From the NCBI GenBank assembly GCA_963845535.1, contig CAWJSK010000012.1:864001-928000 (forward strand): a DNA stretch of 64,000 nt, written 5' to 3'. The notes below the pieces were generated by a model that ran no database searches, was not told the DNA's origin, and was given only the letters and a program-made list of their open reading frames with translations. The translations under genes were made by a program, and so were the position numbers. This DNA is from an uncultured Spirochaetota bacterium. GTDB taxonomy: Bacteria; Spirochaetota; Spirochaetia; SZUA-6; Fen-1364. How positions within the stretch are numbered: the first letter of the stretch is position 1; the number at the start of each line of letters is the position of its first letter. Of the stretch, positions 47,453 through 57,555 are shown piece after piece.

Positions 47453-48505
47453 ATGCTGAAGTTCGGAATTGTCGGCGCGGGCATGATCGCCCAGAGCGGG
47501 TTCGACGGCATAACGGCCAGCGGGGCGGCGGAGGTCGTCTCGATCGCGGACCCCCACCAGGGCCGGGCGGAGGAGTTCGCCAGGCGCAACGGCGTGCGCA
47601 CGGTCCGCCCGGATGCGAAAGACCTTTTCCGTGATCCTTCTCTCGACGCGGTATACATAGCTACACCGACCGTCCATCACGCTCCCTACGCCGTGGCCGC
47701 CTTCGAAGCGGGAAAGCACGTCATACTGGAAAAGCCGTTCGCCTTTTCGTACGCGGACGCGCGCACGGTTGCAGACGCCGCGGCGGCCAGCAAGAAAACG
47801 TTCATGCTCGGGATGAACTTGCGTTTCGAGAAAAGCACGCAACTGGTCCGCGGGCTCACCGAGCGCGGCTACTTCGGGGAGATCCACCGCACGCGGGCGT
47901 TCTGGCGCCGCCGCTTCGGCGCGCCCCGGCTGGGGACGTGGTTCGGAAACAAGAAGCTTGCCGGCGGCGGCTGCTTCATGGACATCGGCGTGCACGTGAT
48001 CGACCTTGCGCTGTGGACGTCCGGCAACTTCGACGTGGCGAGCGTGAGCGCGGCGGTCTATTCGGAGTTCGGAAGCCGCGGCATAGGGGAGGGCGGCTGG
48101 GGAGCCTCGACGCCGGAGGGCATTCCCTTCGACGTGGAGGACAGCGCCTCGGCGTTTCTGAGGATGAAGAACGGCGCAAGCGTCCAGGTAGAGGTCTCCT
48201 GGGTTGCGCACCAGAAGGAGGACGACGCGCACGGCGTCGAAATCTTCGGCACCGAGGCAGGCGCGAGCCTCCCGCCCGTGGAGATCTACCGGCTGGACAA
48301 GGACCTGGCAGCCCCCGTGGACGTCACGCGGGTCGGATTGCCCGTGAAATATCCTCACGGCAACAAGTTTGTCAACTTCGTGCGCGCCCTCCAGGGCATC
48401 GAGCAGCCGTGCGTCACCGTCGAACAGGCGCTGAAGGTGCAGCAAATCATCGACGCCGCGTATCAGTCCGCGGCGACGGGCAGGGAAGTGCTCTTGGAGA
48501 GATAG
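47453..48505 (+). CDS. Gfo/Idh/MocA oxidoreductase
   Basis: GAGMIA, EKP, GGGCFMDIGVH. Confidence 0.9.
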   Translation: MLKFGIVGAGMIAQSGFDGITASGAAEVVSIADPHQGRAEEFARRNGVRTVRPDAKDLFRDPSLDAVYIATPTVHHAPYAVAAFEAGKHVILEKPFAFSYADARTVADAAAASKKTFMLGMNLRFEKSTQLVRGLTERGYFGEIHRTRAFWRRRFGAPRLGTWFGNKKLAGGGCFMDIGVHVIDLALWTSGNFDVASVSAAVYSEFGSRGIGEGGWGASTPEGIPFDVEDSASAFLRMKNGASVQVEVSWVAHQKEDDAHGVEIFGTEAGASLPPVEIYRLDKDLAAPVDVTRVGLPVKYPHGNKFVNFVRALQGIEQPCVTVEQALKVQQIIDAAYQSAATGREVLLER

Positions 48506-48515
48506 ACCGCCCCCC

Positions 48516-49529
48516 CTAAAATCCGCTGAACTGGTCCACGTTTTCCCTGGTGAGAACGATCGGCCTGTCGAAGATCATCGTGTTTCCCGAGAACGAATAA
48601 GGCTTGCCGAGCCCGGGAATGTCCAGGTCCGCGCCGATCTTGCTCCTCTCGCCGTCGAGGGCGAGCCGGGCAAGGTACACCATCGCGTAACCGGCCTCGG
48701 CAGGGTCCCACACGATTGATGCGCTGAGCGAGCCGTCCTTGAGGCATGGTGAGGCCTCGCCTGGCCCGGTGGTGCTGACGACAACGATCTTTCCGACCAG
48801 GTCCTTCTGACGCAGCGCTTGCGCCACGCCCGGCCCTCCCCGGCTTCCGAAAACGAGGAAGCCCTTGATGTCCGGGTAGGCCGTTATGAGATCAAGGGCG
48901 GTCTGGCGGGACAAATCCGCATCCTCTGAGACGGGGAACCGTTCCCCTACGAGCTTGAGACGGGGATATTTCTGCCTGGCCAGCGAGACGGCCGCATCAG
49001 CCCACAGATTGTGGTCCGGCCGCGTAAAGGATCCAACGTAGACGGCGTATTGGCCCTCGGGGGAACCGAGCGCCTTTACCATCTCCTCAATTGCCAGGCG
49101 GCCGAAAAGCGCGTTGTCGATCATCTCCACGTCATAGTCGGCGCGCGCCTGATCGGGAGATTGATGCGTGATCGTCACGATTTTTTTTTCCTGCGCCGCG
49201 GCGAAAGCCGGCTCGATCGATGTGGGGTCCTCGGGGACGACGAAAATCGCGTCGTTGCCCTGGTTTGTGGCATCCTCGATCAGCCGCACCTGCTGCGAAG
49301 CGCTTGCAGGAGAGGGGACCTCCTGCGTGACGGTGAAGTTGAGCTGGGAGCCCGCCTTCTTGAACCCATCCTCCATCCTGTCGAACCACGTCGAGGCGAA
49401 CTTCGGGATCGAGACCGCCGTATAGCGGACCGCGGTTTCCTTTTGGGGGCCGGCAAAGATCGGATGCGCCGCGCTCATCGCGACGGTGATGCAGAGTGTC
49501 CCCACAATCATGGATTGCGCGCTGAGCAT
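48516..49529 (-). CDS. Sugar-binding periplasmic protein (LsrB/rhamnose-like), orphan
   Basis: WFDRMEDG, QQVRLIED, AYPDIKG, WDPAEAG. Confidence 0.8.
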   Translation of the reverse strand: MLSAQSMIVGTLCITVAMSAAHPIFAGPQKETAVRYTAVSIPKFASTWFDRMEDGFKKAGSQLNFTVTQEVPSPASASQQVRLIEDATNQGNDAIFVVPEDPTSIEPAFAAAQEKKIVTITHQSPDQARADYDVEMIDNALFGRLAIEEMVKALGSPEGQYAVYVGSFTRPDHNLWADAAVSLARQKYPRLKLVGERFPVSEDADLSRQTALDLITAYPDIKGFLVFGSRGGPGVAQALRQKDLVGKIVVVSTTGPGEASPCLKDGSLSASIVWDPAEAGYAMVYLARLALDGERSKIGADLDIPGLGKPYSFSGNTMIFDRPIVLTRENVDQFSGF

Positions 49530-49568
49530 GCGATGCCCCCTTTCGTCGACTGCCGTTCCTTCCGCTCC

Positions 49569-49913
49569 CTATTCGTTCAACGCGGCTTGGAGCGCCGCGA
49601 TGAGCTGTTTGATGACGTCCTTCGGCATCTGGTCCAGCTTTCCTTCGACCCTCTTCGCAAGCGCCTGGAGGTCAGCGATGGTTTTCTGGTTCTCATTGAC
49701 CTGGTCCACGGCCGCCTGCGCCTGTTCCTTGACCTTCTGGTAATCGGCAAGCTGCGCCTTGAGATCGGCGATCTGCTTTGCTTGATCGTCGGCAAGGACC
49801 TTGGTCTTATCATCCACGTACTTGTTCGTGGCAATAAACCCCAGGAAGTTGCCCGAGGCGCACCCGGTCAAGGCAACAGATGCGATGACAAGCAGGATGA
49901 TGAACCGTTTCAT
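49569..49913 (-). CDS. Small coiled-coil lipoprotein
   Basis: Lipobox LTGC; Gln/Lys/Ala heptad helix; AGGAGG RBS. Confidence 0.8.
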   Translation of the reverse strand: MKRFIILLVIASVALTGCASGNFLGFIATNKYVDDKTKVLADDQAKQIADLKAQLADYQKVKEQAQAAVDQVNENQKTIADLQALAKRVEGKLDQMPKDVIKQLIAALQAALNE

Positions 49914-50073
49914 GACGATATCCTCCTGTGGCGCATCTTATCCGGTCGAACACGCCACGTCCATTGAACACCTGCATCCTCTCCGGCGGCTTGACCTCGG
50001 ACGGGAACTTTCCTTACTATCATAGGAAATACGAGATATTCCGCATCTTCCGCGCAAACCGGCAGGCACCATA

Positions 50074-51900
50074 ATGGCGAAGACCGCAGTCAAATACGAC
50101 GAGAAATCGATCCAAACCCTGGACGCGCTGGAGCACATCCGGCTGCGAACGGGCATGTACATTGGCAGGCTGGGGGACGGCTCCAACCCCATGGATGGGA
50201 TCTACGTACTATTGAAGGAAATCATCGACAACAGCGTGGACGAGTTCATCATGGGACAGGGAAAAGTCATCGAGATCGCCCGGAAAAAAACCTCCGTCAG
50301 CGTGCGGGACTACGGCCGCGGCATCCCCCTGGGCAAGGTCATCGACTGCGTGAGCAAGGTGAATACGGGAGGAAAGTTCAACGACGAAGTCTTCCAGTTC
50401 TCCGTAGGGCTGAATGGGGTCGGCACAAAGGCCGTCAACGCGCTCTCCTCGGAGTTCGAGGTGGCGAGCTTTCGGGAAGGGAAGTTCGTCCAGGCGATTT
50501 TCCGCGAAGGCAAGCTCATAACCCAGAAGGACGGCAAGGATCCGAAGGCAAAGAGCGGCACGTTCGTGCGCTTCACGCCGGATCCCAAGATTTTCACGAC
50601 GTACGAGTGGGATGATGACTTCATCCTGAAGCGTCTGCGCTACTACGCCTATCTCAACTCCGGCCTGCGCTTCGTGTACAACGGCCAGACGGTCTCCAGC
50701 CAGGAAGGCCTGCGTGATCTCCTCGTGGAGGAGATCGGCGAAGAGCAGATGCACTACGAGATAGCCAGCCACAAGGGTTCGCGGTTGGAGTTCGCTTTCA
50801 CGCATACCGCCAACTACGGGGAGAGCTATTTCAGCTTCGTGAACGGCCAGTTCACCGTTGACGGGGGCACGCACCAGACCGCTTTTCGCCTTGGAGTGCT
50901 GAAGGCAATCGACGAGTACGCCGGAGTGAACTTTTCCGCGGAGGACGTACGGGAAGGGATGATCGGCGCGGTGGCCATCAAGCTGAAGGACCCGGTCTTC
51001 GAGAGTCAGACCAAGCACAAGCTCGGAAACAACGAAATCCGCACCTGGGTCGCGGAGGATGTCAAGAAAGAGACCCTCACGTGGCTGCACAGGAACGAAG
51101 CGGAGGCGAAGAAGCTGCTTGAGAAGATCAGGGCGAACGAGCGCATACGGAAAGAACTGTCGAGCATCAAGAAGCAGGCCCGGGAGATGGCTCGCAAAGT
51201 GGAGCTGCACATCCCGAAGCTGACGGACTGCCGCGTGCATTTCGATGATGAGAAGGAGAAGCGCCGGGAGGAGTCCAGCATCTTCCTCACGGAAGGGGAT
51301 TCCGCGGGCGGCCCCATGATCCAGGCCAGGGACGTGCACACCCAGGCCATTTTCTCCCTCAAGGGAAAGCCGCTCAACGTGTTCGGGCTCAAGCGTGACA
51401 CGGTGTACAAGAACGAAGAGCTGTACAACATCATGCGCGCGCTGGGGATCGAGGACGGCCTGGACGGGCTTCGCTACAACAGGGTGATCGTCGCAACGGA
51501 TGCGGACGTGGACGGCATGCACATCCGGAACCTGCTCCTCACGTTCTTCCTCCACTACTTCGAGCAGCTCGTCCTCCAGGGCCACCTCCATATCCTGGAG
51601 ACGCCGCTCTTCCGCGTGCGCACCAAGGATGAGACGGTGTACTGCTACTCGGAGGCGGAGCGTGACTCCGCCATGAAGCGGCTCAAGGGCACGGAGGTCA
51701 CGAGGTTCAAGGGGCTCGGCGAAATATCGCCCAAAGAGTTCAAGCAGTTCATGTCGGATGACATGCGGCTCACGCCGGTGCAGGTCCCCTCCATGGCAGG
51801 CGTCCATCGGACGCTCGAGTTCCTCATGGGCAAGAACACGCCCGAACGGAAGAAGTTCATCGTGAACAACCTCCGCATTGAGGTCCTGGAGGGAGCATGA
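50074..51900 (+). CDS. parE: DNA topoisomerase IV subunit B
   Basis: EIIDNSVDE, DYGRGIP, GLNGVG, TEGDSA, DADVDG, RFKGLGE. Confidence 0.9.
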   Translation: MAKTAVKYDEKSIQTLDALEHIRLRTGMYIGRLGDGSNPMDGIYVLLKEIIDNSVDEFIMGQGKVIEIARKKTSVSVRDYGRGIPLGKVIDCVSKVNTGGKFNDEVFQFSVGLNGVGTKAVNALSSEFEVASFREGKFVQAIFREGKLITQKDGKDPKAKSGTFVRFTPDPKIFTTYEWDDDFILKRLRYYAYLNSGLRFVYNGQTVSSQEGLRDLLVEEIGEEQMHYEIASHKGSRLEFAFTHTANYGESYFSFVNGQFTVDGGTHQTAFRLGVLKAIDEYAGVNFSAEDVREGMIGAVAIKLKDPVFESQTKHKLGNNEIRTWVAEDVKKETLTWLHRNEAEAKKLLEKIRANERIRKELSSIKKQAREMARKVELHIPKLTDCRVHFDDEKEKRREESSIFLTEGDSAGGPMIQARDVHTQAIFSLKGKPLNVFGLKRDTVYKNEELYNIMRALGIEDGLDGLRYNRVIVATDADVDGMHIRNLLLTFFLHYFEQLVLQGHLHILETPLFRVRTKDETVYCYSEAERDSAMKRLKGTEVTRFKGLGEISPKEFKQFMSDDMRLTPVQVPSMAGVHRTLEFLMGKNTPERKKFIVNNLRIEVLEGA

Positions 51901-53821
51901 GCCCGCAGAGCCAGCTCAAGCCCCTCATGGAGGGTTACTTCCTCGACTACGCGAGCTACGTGATCATGGACCGCGCCATCCCGGGCCTGCGTGACGGCTG
52001 CAAGCCCGTGCAGAGGCGCATCCTCCACACGCTGTTCGAGATGAACGACGGCAAGTACCACAAGGTGGCTAACGTCATCGGGGAGTCAATGAAGCTGCAC
52101 CCGCACGGGGACGCCTCCATCGGAGACGCCCTCGTGGTGCTCGCCAACAAGGACTACTTCATTGACAGGCAGGGGAACTTCGGCAACATCATGACGGGCC
52201 ACCCCGCGGCCGCGGCGCGCTACATCGAGTGCCGCCTCACGCCCCTTGCCCTGGAGACGCTTTTCAACCCTGACCTTACCGAATACACCCCCAGCTATGA
52301 CGGGCGGCGCAAGGAGCCCAAGGAGCTGCCGGCCAAGGTCCCCGTCCTCCTCATGCTCGGGGCGGAGGGGATTGCGGTGGGCATGGCAACCACCATTCTC
52401 CCCCACAACTTCCCCGAGCTGCTGGACGCGCTGGTCTCCATCCTCAAAGGGGAAAAAGTCGCCCTGTACCCGGACTTCCCGCAGGGCGGCCTGATCGACG
52501 TGAGCGAATACTCCGACGGCGTGGGAAGGCTCAAGGCGCGCGCGCGCATCGAGAAGGTGAGCGGGGTGCAGAAGCTCGTGATCACGGAAGTCCCCTACTC
52601 CACCACCACAACCAGCCTCATTGCTTCCATCGAGTCCGCGGTGCAAAAGGGGAAGGTCAGCATCTCCAAGATCAGCGACTACACGAGCGACCACGTGGAG
52701 ATCGAGCTCGCCCTGTCCCGGGGGGCGGAACCGGACCAGGTGATGGACCAGCTCTATGCCAACACCGACTCTGAGATCGCCATCTCCTCCAACATGGTGG
52801 TCATCAGGAATGACCGGCCTGTCGAGGTTTCGGTTTCGGAGTACCTCAAGGAGTTCTCCGTCCTCCTGAAAAAGCAGATCAAGGCGGAGCTGGAGCACGA
52901 GCTTGCGCGGCTGGAAGACCGCAGGCACTGGCTCACCCTAGAGCGGATATTCATTGAAAACCGTGTCTACAAAAGGCTGGAAAAAGCCGCAACGGAGGAG
53001 TCCGTCCGACGGGAAGTGTACACGGGCATGAAGCCGTTCTCCCGGCAGTTCGTCCGGGCCATGACGGATGACGACGTCCAGCGCCTCCTCGAGCTCCGGA
53101 TCCGCCGCATCAGCGCGTATGACCTGAAAAAGAACCGGGAGAAATCGACGACATCGTGGCCGCGCTTCGGCAGGTGAACCGCAAGCTGAAGAACCTCACC
53201 AAAACGGTCATCGATTGGCTTGGCGGCCTCAATGAGAAGTATGGTGAGCAGTTCCCCCGGCGCACGGAGATCGCCACTTTCCACGAGGTGGACAAGGTGG
53301 CCGTGGCGAAGGCCAACATCCGCTTGAGCTATGACCGGGAGGCCGGCTACTTCGGAAGCTCCGTACGGGGATCAGAGTTCGTCATGACCGTGACCGAGTA
53401 TGACCGCATCCTCGCGGTTACCGCGGACGGAACCTACCGGATCATGTCTCCTCCTGAGAAGGCGTGGATGCCAGGCGCGCTCCTGTACGCCGGGCTTTTC
53501 GACAAGGCAAAAGGCGCGCATTTCACCCTGATCTATCGCGACGCCGGCGGGCTCGCGTGGGGAAAGAAGGTGCACGTCGAACGGTTCATCACGAACAAGA
53601 CCTACTGGCTTGCAAAGGAAGGCTGCCGGGGAATCGATTTTCTCACGGACAAGAGGCCGTCCGGCGTCGTGAAGCTGAACATGGTGCCGGCAAAGCGCCA
53701 GAAGGTGAAGTCCGTGAACGTGGACATTGCAAAGATCCCGGTGTGCGGGCTTTCCGCCCGGGGGCTGAAGCTCACGGCCAAGCCCATCCAGGGCGTGGAG
53801 ATCGCGGCGTCAAAGAAGTAG
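51897..53821 (+). pseudogene. parC: DNA topoisomerase IV subunit A with 1-bp frameshift near 53142 (probably intact in vivo)
   Basis: DGCKPVQRR, HPHGD, AARY; one added base restores NREEIDDIVAALRQV into the 53156-53821 frame. Confidence 0.85.
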
Positions 53822-54424
53822 CCGCCCCTTTTTTGCAGGATCCCTTGAGTTGCTCACGCGCTGCCATCTCATGACCGACTCTTTTCCTTCGTCTGCCGTG
53901 TACAGGCGGGGATCATGGAGATTCTTGCGCACGAACTCCCGCAGCGAGTCGCTCGACTCGAAGGTCCGGGAAGAGAAAAGGGCGTCATCCACGAACCGCA
54001 GGGACAGGGTGTCACCGCTGATGCGGTAATTCGCGAAGCTCCAGGCGCGGCCCGGCTCGGCGTCGAGCTCTTGAGCGTTCAGGAAGCGCTCCCCTTCGAT
54101 CTCCGTTATGAATGCTCGATAGGCCACGATCTTTTCCGCCTCCCCGTCCGGTTCCCTGCTCCACGCAACGTATTCCTTCTCGTTGAATCGAAGGAACTCG
54201 ATGGTCACCCATTGGCCGCTCTCCGGATCCTGCATCTTCCAGCTTCCCGCAAGGGCATTATCCCGGATGGCGTCAGCCGGAGCCCCCAAGGGGAGATCAT
54301 AGCTGAACGGACAGGCGGCCAGGCAGCAGGAGAGGGCCGCAAGCAGGGCGGCTGCCGCGGCCCTCGGAGCTATCCCGCCGGAAGCGGCTCTTCGCGAACC
54401 GGGTTGTCGAAAAACCGCCGCCAT
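53810..54424 (-). CDS. Putative lipoprotein
   Basis: GGAGG RBS; lipobox LAAC; LAGSW beta-rich body. Confidence 0.6.
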   Translation of the reverse strand: MAAVFRQPGSRRAASGGIAPRAAAAALLAALSCCLAACPFSYDLPLGAPADAIRDNALAGSWKMQDPESGQWVTIEFLRFNEKEYVAWSREPDGEAEKIVAYRAFITEIEGERFLNAQELDAEPGRAWSFANYRISGDTLSLRFVDDALFSSRTFESSDSLREFVRKNLHDPRLYTADEGKESVMRWQRVSNSRDPAKKGRLLL

Positions 54425-54437
54425 ACAACCTCCTGAT

Positions 54438-55616
54438 TCACGAGCAGAAATCGCTGATGAGCCTGAGGGCAACCTCGCTGGCGGCAAAGACCGAGGGAAG
54501 GTCGACCCATTCGCTCTCCCCGTGCAGACCCTCGCCCGTCGGTCCCAGGACAACGGAGGGGATCCCCGCAGCCGAAAGGAGGGATGAGTCCATCCAGGCG
54601 CTCATCCCGCCGAATGTGGCCCTGCGCCCCGTTGATCCCTCGAAAGCCCGGGCAAGGGCTTGCACCACGGGTGCGCTCTGCGCCACCTCCATGGGCGCGC
54701 GGGAGAAAAGGAACCGAACGTCCGCCCTGAAGGCAGGGTCCTGCCGAGCCATGAGCAGGAGCGCTTCCTGCAGGTCCTTCTCCACCGCTTCCGGCTCCTC
54801 CCCGGGAATGGTCCTTCGTTCAATCCCCAACCGGCAGGAGGCAGGATAGGAGGAAAGCTCCTGCCCGCCGCTGATCAGAGACGCATGCACCGTGCCGGTC
54901 CCGAGCATCGCGTGAGACGGCCCGGCAGCGAGCCGCCTGCCCATGTCTTCCAGGCTCACGAGCACGCGGCCCATCTTCGCTATGGCGTCCACTCCCTTGT
55001 CGGGACGGGAGCCGTGCGCGGCAACACCGCTGGTCTCCACCTCGAACCAGGCAAACCCCTTGTGGGCAATCACGATTTGCAAGCCGGTCGGCTCGCCGAC
55101 AAGGGCGGCGTCGGCTTTCCATCTCTTCACGACCGCCTCCGTGCCAACGCTGGCGTATTCCTCGTCGACCACCGCCGTGAGGACTGCGGCCCCGCGCAGC
55201 CCACGCTTTTTTGCCGCGGCAACCGCCATCATGAACGCCGCGAGAGCCGACTTCGTGTCCATGGAACCACGGCCGCAAAGCCTGTCGTTGCGGACGATCG
55301 GCCGGAAGGGGTTTTCCATTCCTGCCACGCCAACCGTGTCCATATGCGCGTTGAGCATCAGCGTTTTCCCCCCACCGCTTCCGCGGGCGATGGCAATCAC
55401 GTTCGGGCGGCCCGCAAGGCCGGTCTCTTCGACGTGCACCTCCAACCCCTGGGATTGCGCCCATTGCGCCACGAACGAACCAATCTCCCCTTCGCCTCTC
55501 GAACCGGGCACCAGGTCCGGATTGATCGAATCGATTGATACAAGCTTCGCTGTCAGGGCAAAAAGTTCATCCCGGGAGATTTCGCCGTTTGGCATGACGT
55601 TCCTCTTTCTAGCCAT
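54438..55616 (-). CDS. ArgE/DapE-family M20 deacylase
   Basis: NAHMDTV, GRGSMDTK, DEE, VGEPT, AAHGS. Confidence 0.9.
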   Translation of the reverse strand: MARKRNVMPNGEISRDELFALTAKLVSIDSINPDLVPGSRGEGEIGSFVAQWAQSQGLEVHVEETGLAGRPNVIAIARGSGGGKTLMLNAHMDTVGVAGMENPFRPIVRNDRLCGRGSMDTKSALAAFMMAVAAAKKRGLRGAAVLTAVVDEEYASVGTEAVVKRWKADAALVGEPTGLQIVIAHKGFAWFEVETSGVAAHGSRPDKGVDAIAKMGRVLVSLEDMGRRLAAGPSHAMLGTGTVHASLISGGQELSSYPASCRLGIERRTIPGEEPEAVEKDLQEALLLMARQDPAFRADVRFLFSRAPMEVAQSAPVVQALARAFEGSTGRRATFGGMSAWMDSSLLSAAGIPSVVLGPTGEGLHGESEWVDLPSVFAASEVALRLISDFCS

Positions 55617-55618
55617 TC

Positions 55619-56248
55619 CTACCAGGCAAGGGCGGGAATGGTCCGCAGGTAGTCCTTCGAGGCAAGCTGATCCAGCATGAACGCCGCCACGTCGGCGCGC
55701 GCTATTCTCCTCCCCCGCTGCGGGAGCCCGTCAAGGGCAACACGCCACGTGCCGCGACCCGGTGCGTCCGTCAGGGCAAGGGGCCGTACAACCACCCACT
55801 CCAGGTGACTCTGGCGGACCTCTTCCAGCGCCTGTCTCTGGTCCGGGAGGACGTTCCTCAGTGAGATCCTTCCGAGGAAAAGCATTGCTTTTCCCACAAG
55901 ATCCCGGGGCGTCTCGCTCAGCACGCAGAAGTTCGAGACAATGACCAGGCGGCGCACGCCTTTGTCTTCCATGGCCGCAATGATGTTTGCGGTGCCGGCA
56001 GAGTAGACGGTGGTGGGCTTCCCCGCCTCGGTGCCCAACGCGCACAGCACGGCGTCGTGGCCGTCCACGGCGGCTGCCACGCACGCGGCGTCCAGCACGT
56101 CACAGCGCTCCACGCGGAGCTGCTCGTGAGTTGCCGGCATCCGGGCGGGGTCTCTGACGGCGGCCGTGACGACGTGGCCTTTCGCCAGAGCCTGGTCAAC
56201 GAGGCATCTTCCGATTCCTCCCGTCGCCCCGAAGATGACGATCCTCAT
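55619..56248 (-). CDS. NAD(P)H-binding oxidoreductase (flavin reductase-like)
   Basis: FGATGGIG, VVRP, IARADVA. Confidence 0.88.
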   Translation of the reverse strand: MRIVIFGATGGIGRCLVDQALAKGHVVTAAVRDPARMPATHEQLRVERCDVLDAACVAAAVDGHDAVLCALGTEAGKPTTVYSAGTANIIAAMEDKGVRRLVIVSNFCVLSETPRDLVGKAMLFLGRISLRNVLPDQRQALEEVRQSHLEWVVVRPLALTDAPGRGTWRVALDGLPQRGRRIARADVAAFMLDQLASKDYLRTIPALAW

Positions 56249-57519
56249 GCCTGCTCGCCGTTGTACTCGCGCACGGCGTCGATCATCGCCACGATATTGG
56301 GGATGGGCGTGCGGGCCTGGATATTGTGGACGGGATTGAAAACAAACCCCCCTCCTTTTCCGAGGATACCGCACCGCTCCAGCACCTCCGCGCGAACCTC
56401 CGACGGCGTACCGAAGGGGAGCGTCTTCTGGGTATCCACGCCGCCGCCCCAGAATACGACCTGAGCCCCGTAGCGTCGCTTCAACTCCCGGGCGTCCATG
56501 CCGGCGGCAGAGAGCTGCACGGGATTGATGATGTCGAATCCGGCGTCAATCATGTGGGGAAGGAGGGGCGCAATGGCCCCGCAGGAATGCTTGAACGTCT
56601 TCCAGGACGTGTGCTCGTGGATCCAGGAGTTCATTCTCCTGTAGAACGGGGCGTAAAGACTTTCGAAGGTGTCCGGGGAACAGAACTGCGTGGTTTGCGT
56701 CCCGAAATCGGTCCCGCACAGGAACACCGCATCGATCCCGTCCCCCACCTCTTCGTGGATCCGCGCCAGGTTGGCAACAGCAACCTCAGTCTGCTTGTCG
56801 AAGACCCTCGCCAAGTAATCCTGCCGCGTCGCGGTGGAGATGTACCACTCCGTGACGTCACGGATCCCGCGGGGATGCTTCATGAAAGGGCCGGGAACGA
56901 GCGCAATGTCTCCGAGGCCCGTTCCCCCGAAGCTCGCCACAACGGCCCGCGCCTTTCGGGACGCGTCACGTACGGACCTCTTCAGGTGCGCAAGGTCGGC
57001 GCTGGAGATCGGCGTGAACTCTTCCAGGTTGTCCGCCGGGTCCAGTCGGGACTCATCGATGGGCTCCTGGCGGATGAGGGAATCGAAATACAGGCCGCTG
57101 GACGGCATCTTGGCGCTTGGCGGAACGCCGAGGTCTCCTTCAGGATAGATCAGGATGTCCCCCTGGGCGTCGGTCGTCGTCCGAAACCCGTCCGGGACAA
57201 GGACTTCCTGTCCCCAGGGAGCGCGCCATTCCTTCCAACCCTCCAGTGGGAATCCCAGCATCGTCGTGCGGGCAAACACCCCGGAGGTATGCACTCCCAT
57301 TGCGGCGGCCAGGTCGTCTTCTATCAGGCCAAGCATCTGGTAGGGTTCATGGACCTTCACCGGCCCGTTGGCCAGTCCGTAGTGTTCGCGAAGGCCTTTG
57401 ACAACGGAGACGTGCGCCCCGGTAACCGCGGTTGAGCCGAGGTCGAAAGGAATGGGTGACTCCCGGTGGCCAAGTGCGTCACGGACCCTTTGCCGCGCAG
57501 GGGTGTCTGTGTGCTGCAT
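56245..57519 (-). CDS. Uroporphyrinogen decarboxylase-family (MtaA/CmuA-like) protein
   Basis: DFGTQ, HSCG, NPVQ, FWGGGVDTQ, VHNIQ. Confidence 0.85.
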   Translation of the reverse strand: MQHTDTPARQRVRDALGHRESPIPFDLGSTAVTGAHVSVVKGLREHYGLANGPVKVHEPYQMLGLIEDDLAAAMGVHTSGVFARTTMLGFPLEGWKEWRAPWGQEVLVPDGFRTTTDAQGDILIYPEGDLGVPPSAKMPSSGLYFDSLIRQEPIDESRLDPADNLEEFTPISSADLAHLKRSVRDASRKARAVVASFGGTGLGDIALVPGPFMKHPRGIRDVTEWYISTATRQDYLARVFDKQTEVAVANLARIHEEVGDGIDAVFLCGTDFGTQTTQFCSPDTFESLYAPFYRRMNSWIHEHTSWKTFKHSCGAIAPLLPHMIDAGFDIINPVQLSAAGMDARELKRRYGAQVVFWGGGVDTQKTLPFGTPSEVRAEVLERCGILGKGGGFVFNPVHNIQARTPIPNIVAMIDAVREYNGEQA

Positions 57520-57555
57520 GATGCATTATATCACGCGGTGATCAGCTTCCCACCC

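Noticed and set aside
53130..53177. Programmed frameshift or natural split of parC
   Set aside because: No clear slippery heptamer with downstream structure; same pattern as three other probable errors
50074..53821. DNA gyrase gyrB/gyrA
   Set aside because: Short A subunit with no GyrA box seen; fits topoisomerase IV. The HPHGDASI motif is not taken as evidence of acquired quinolone resistance
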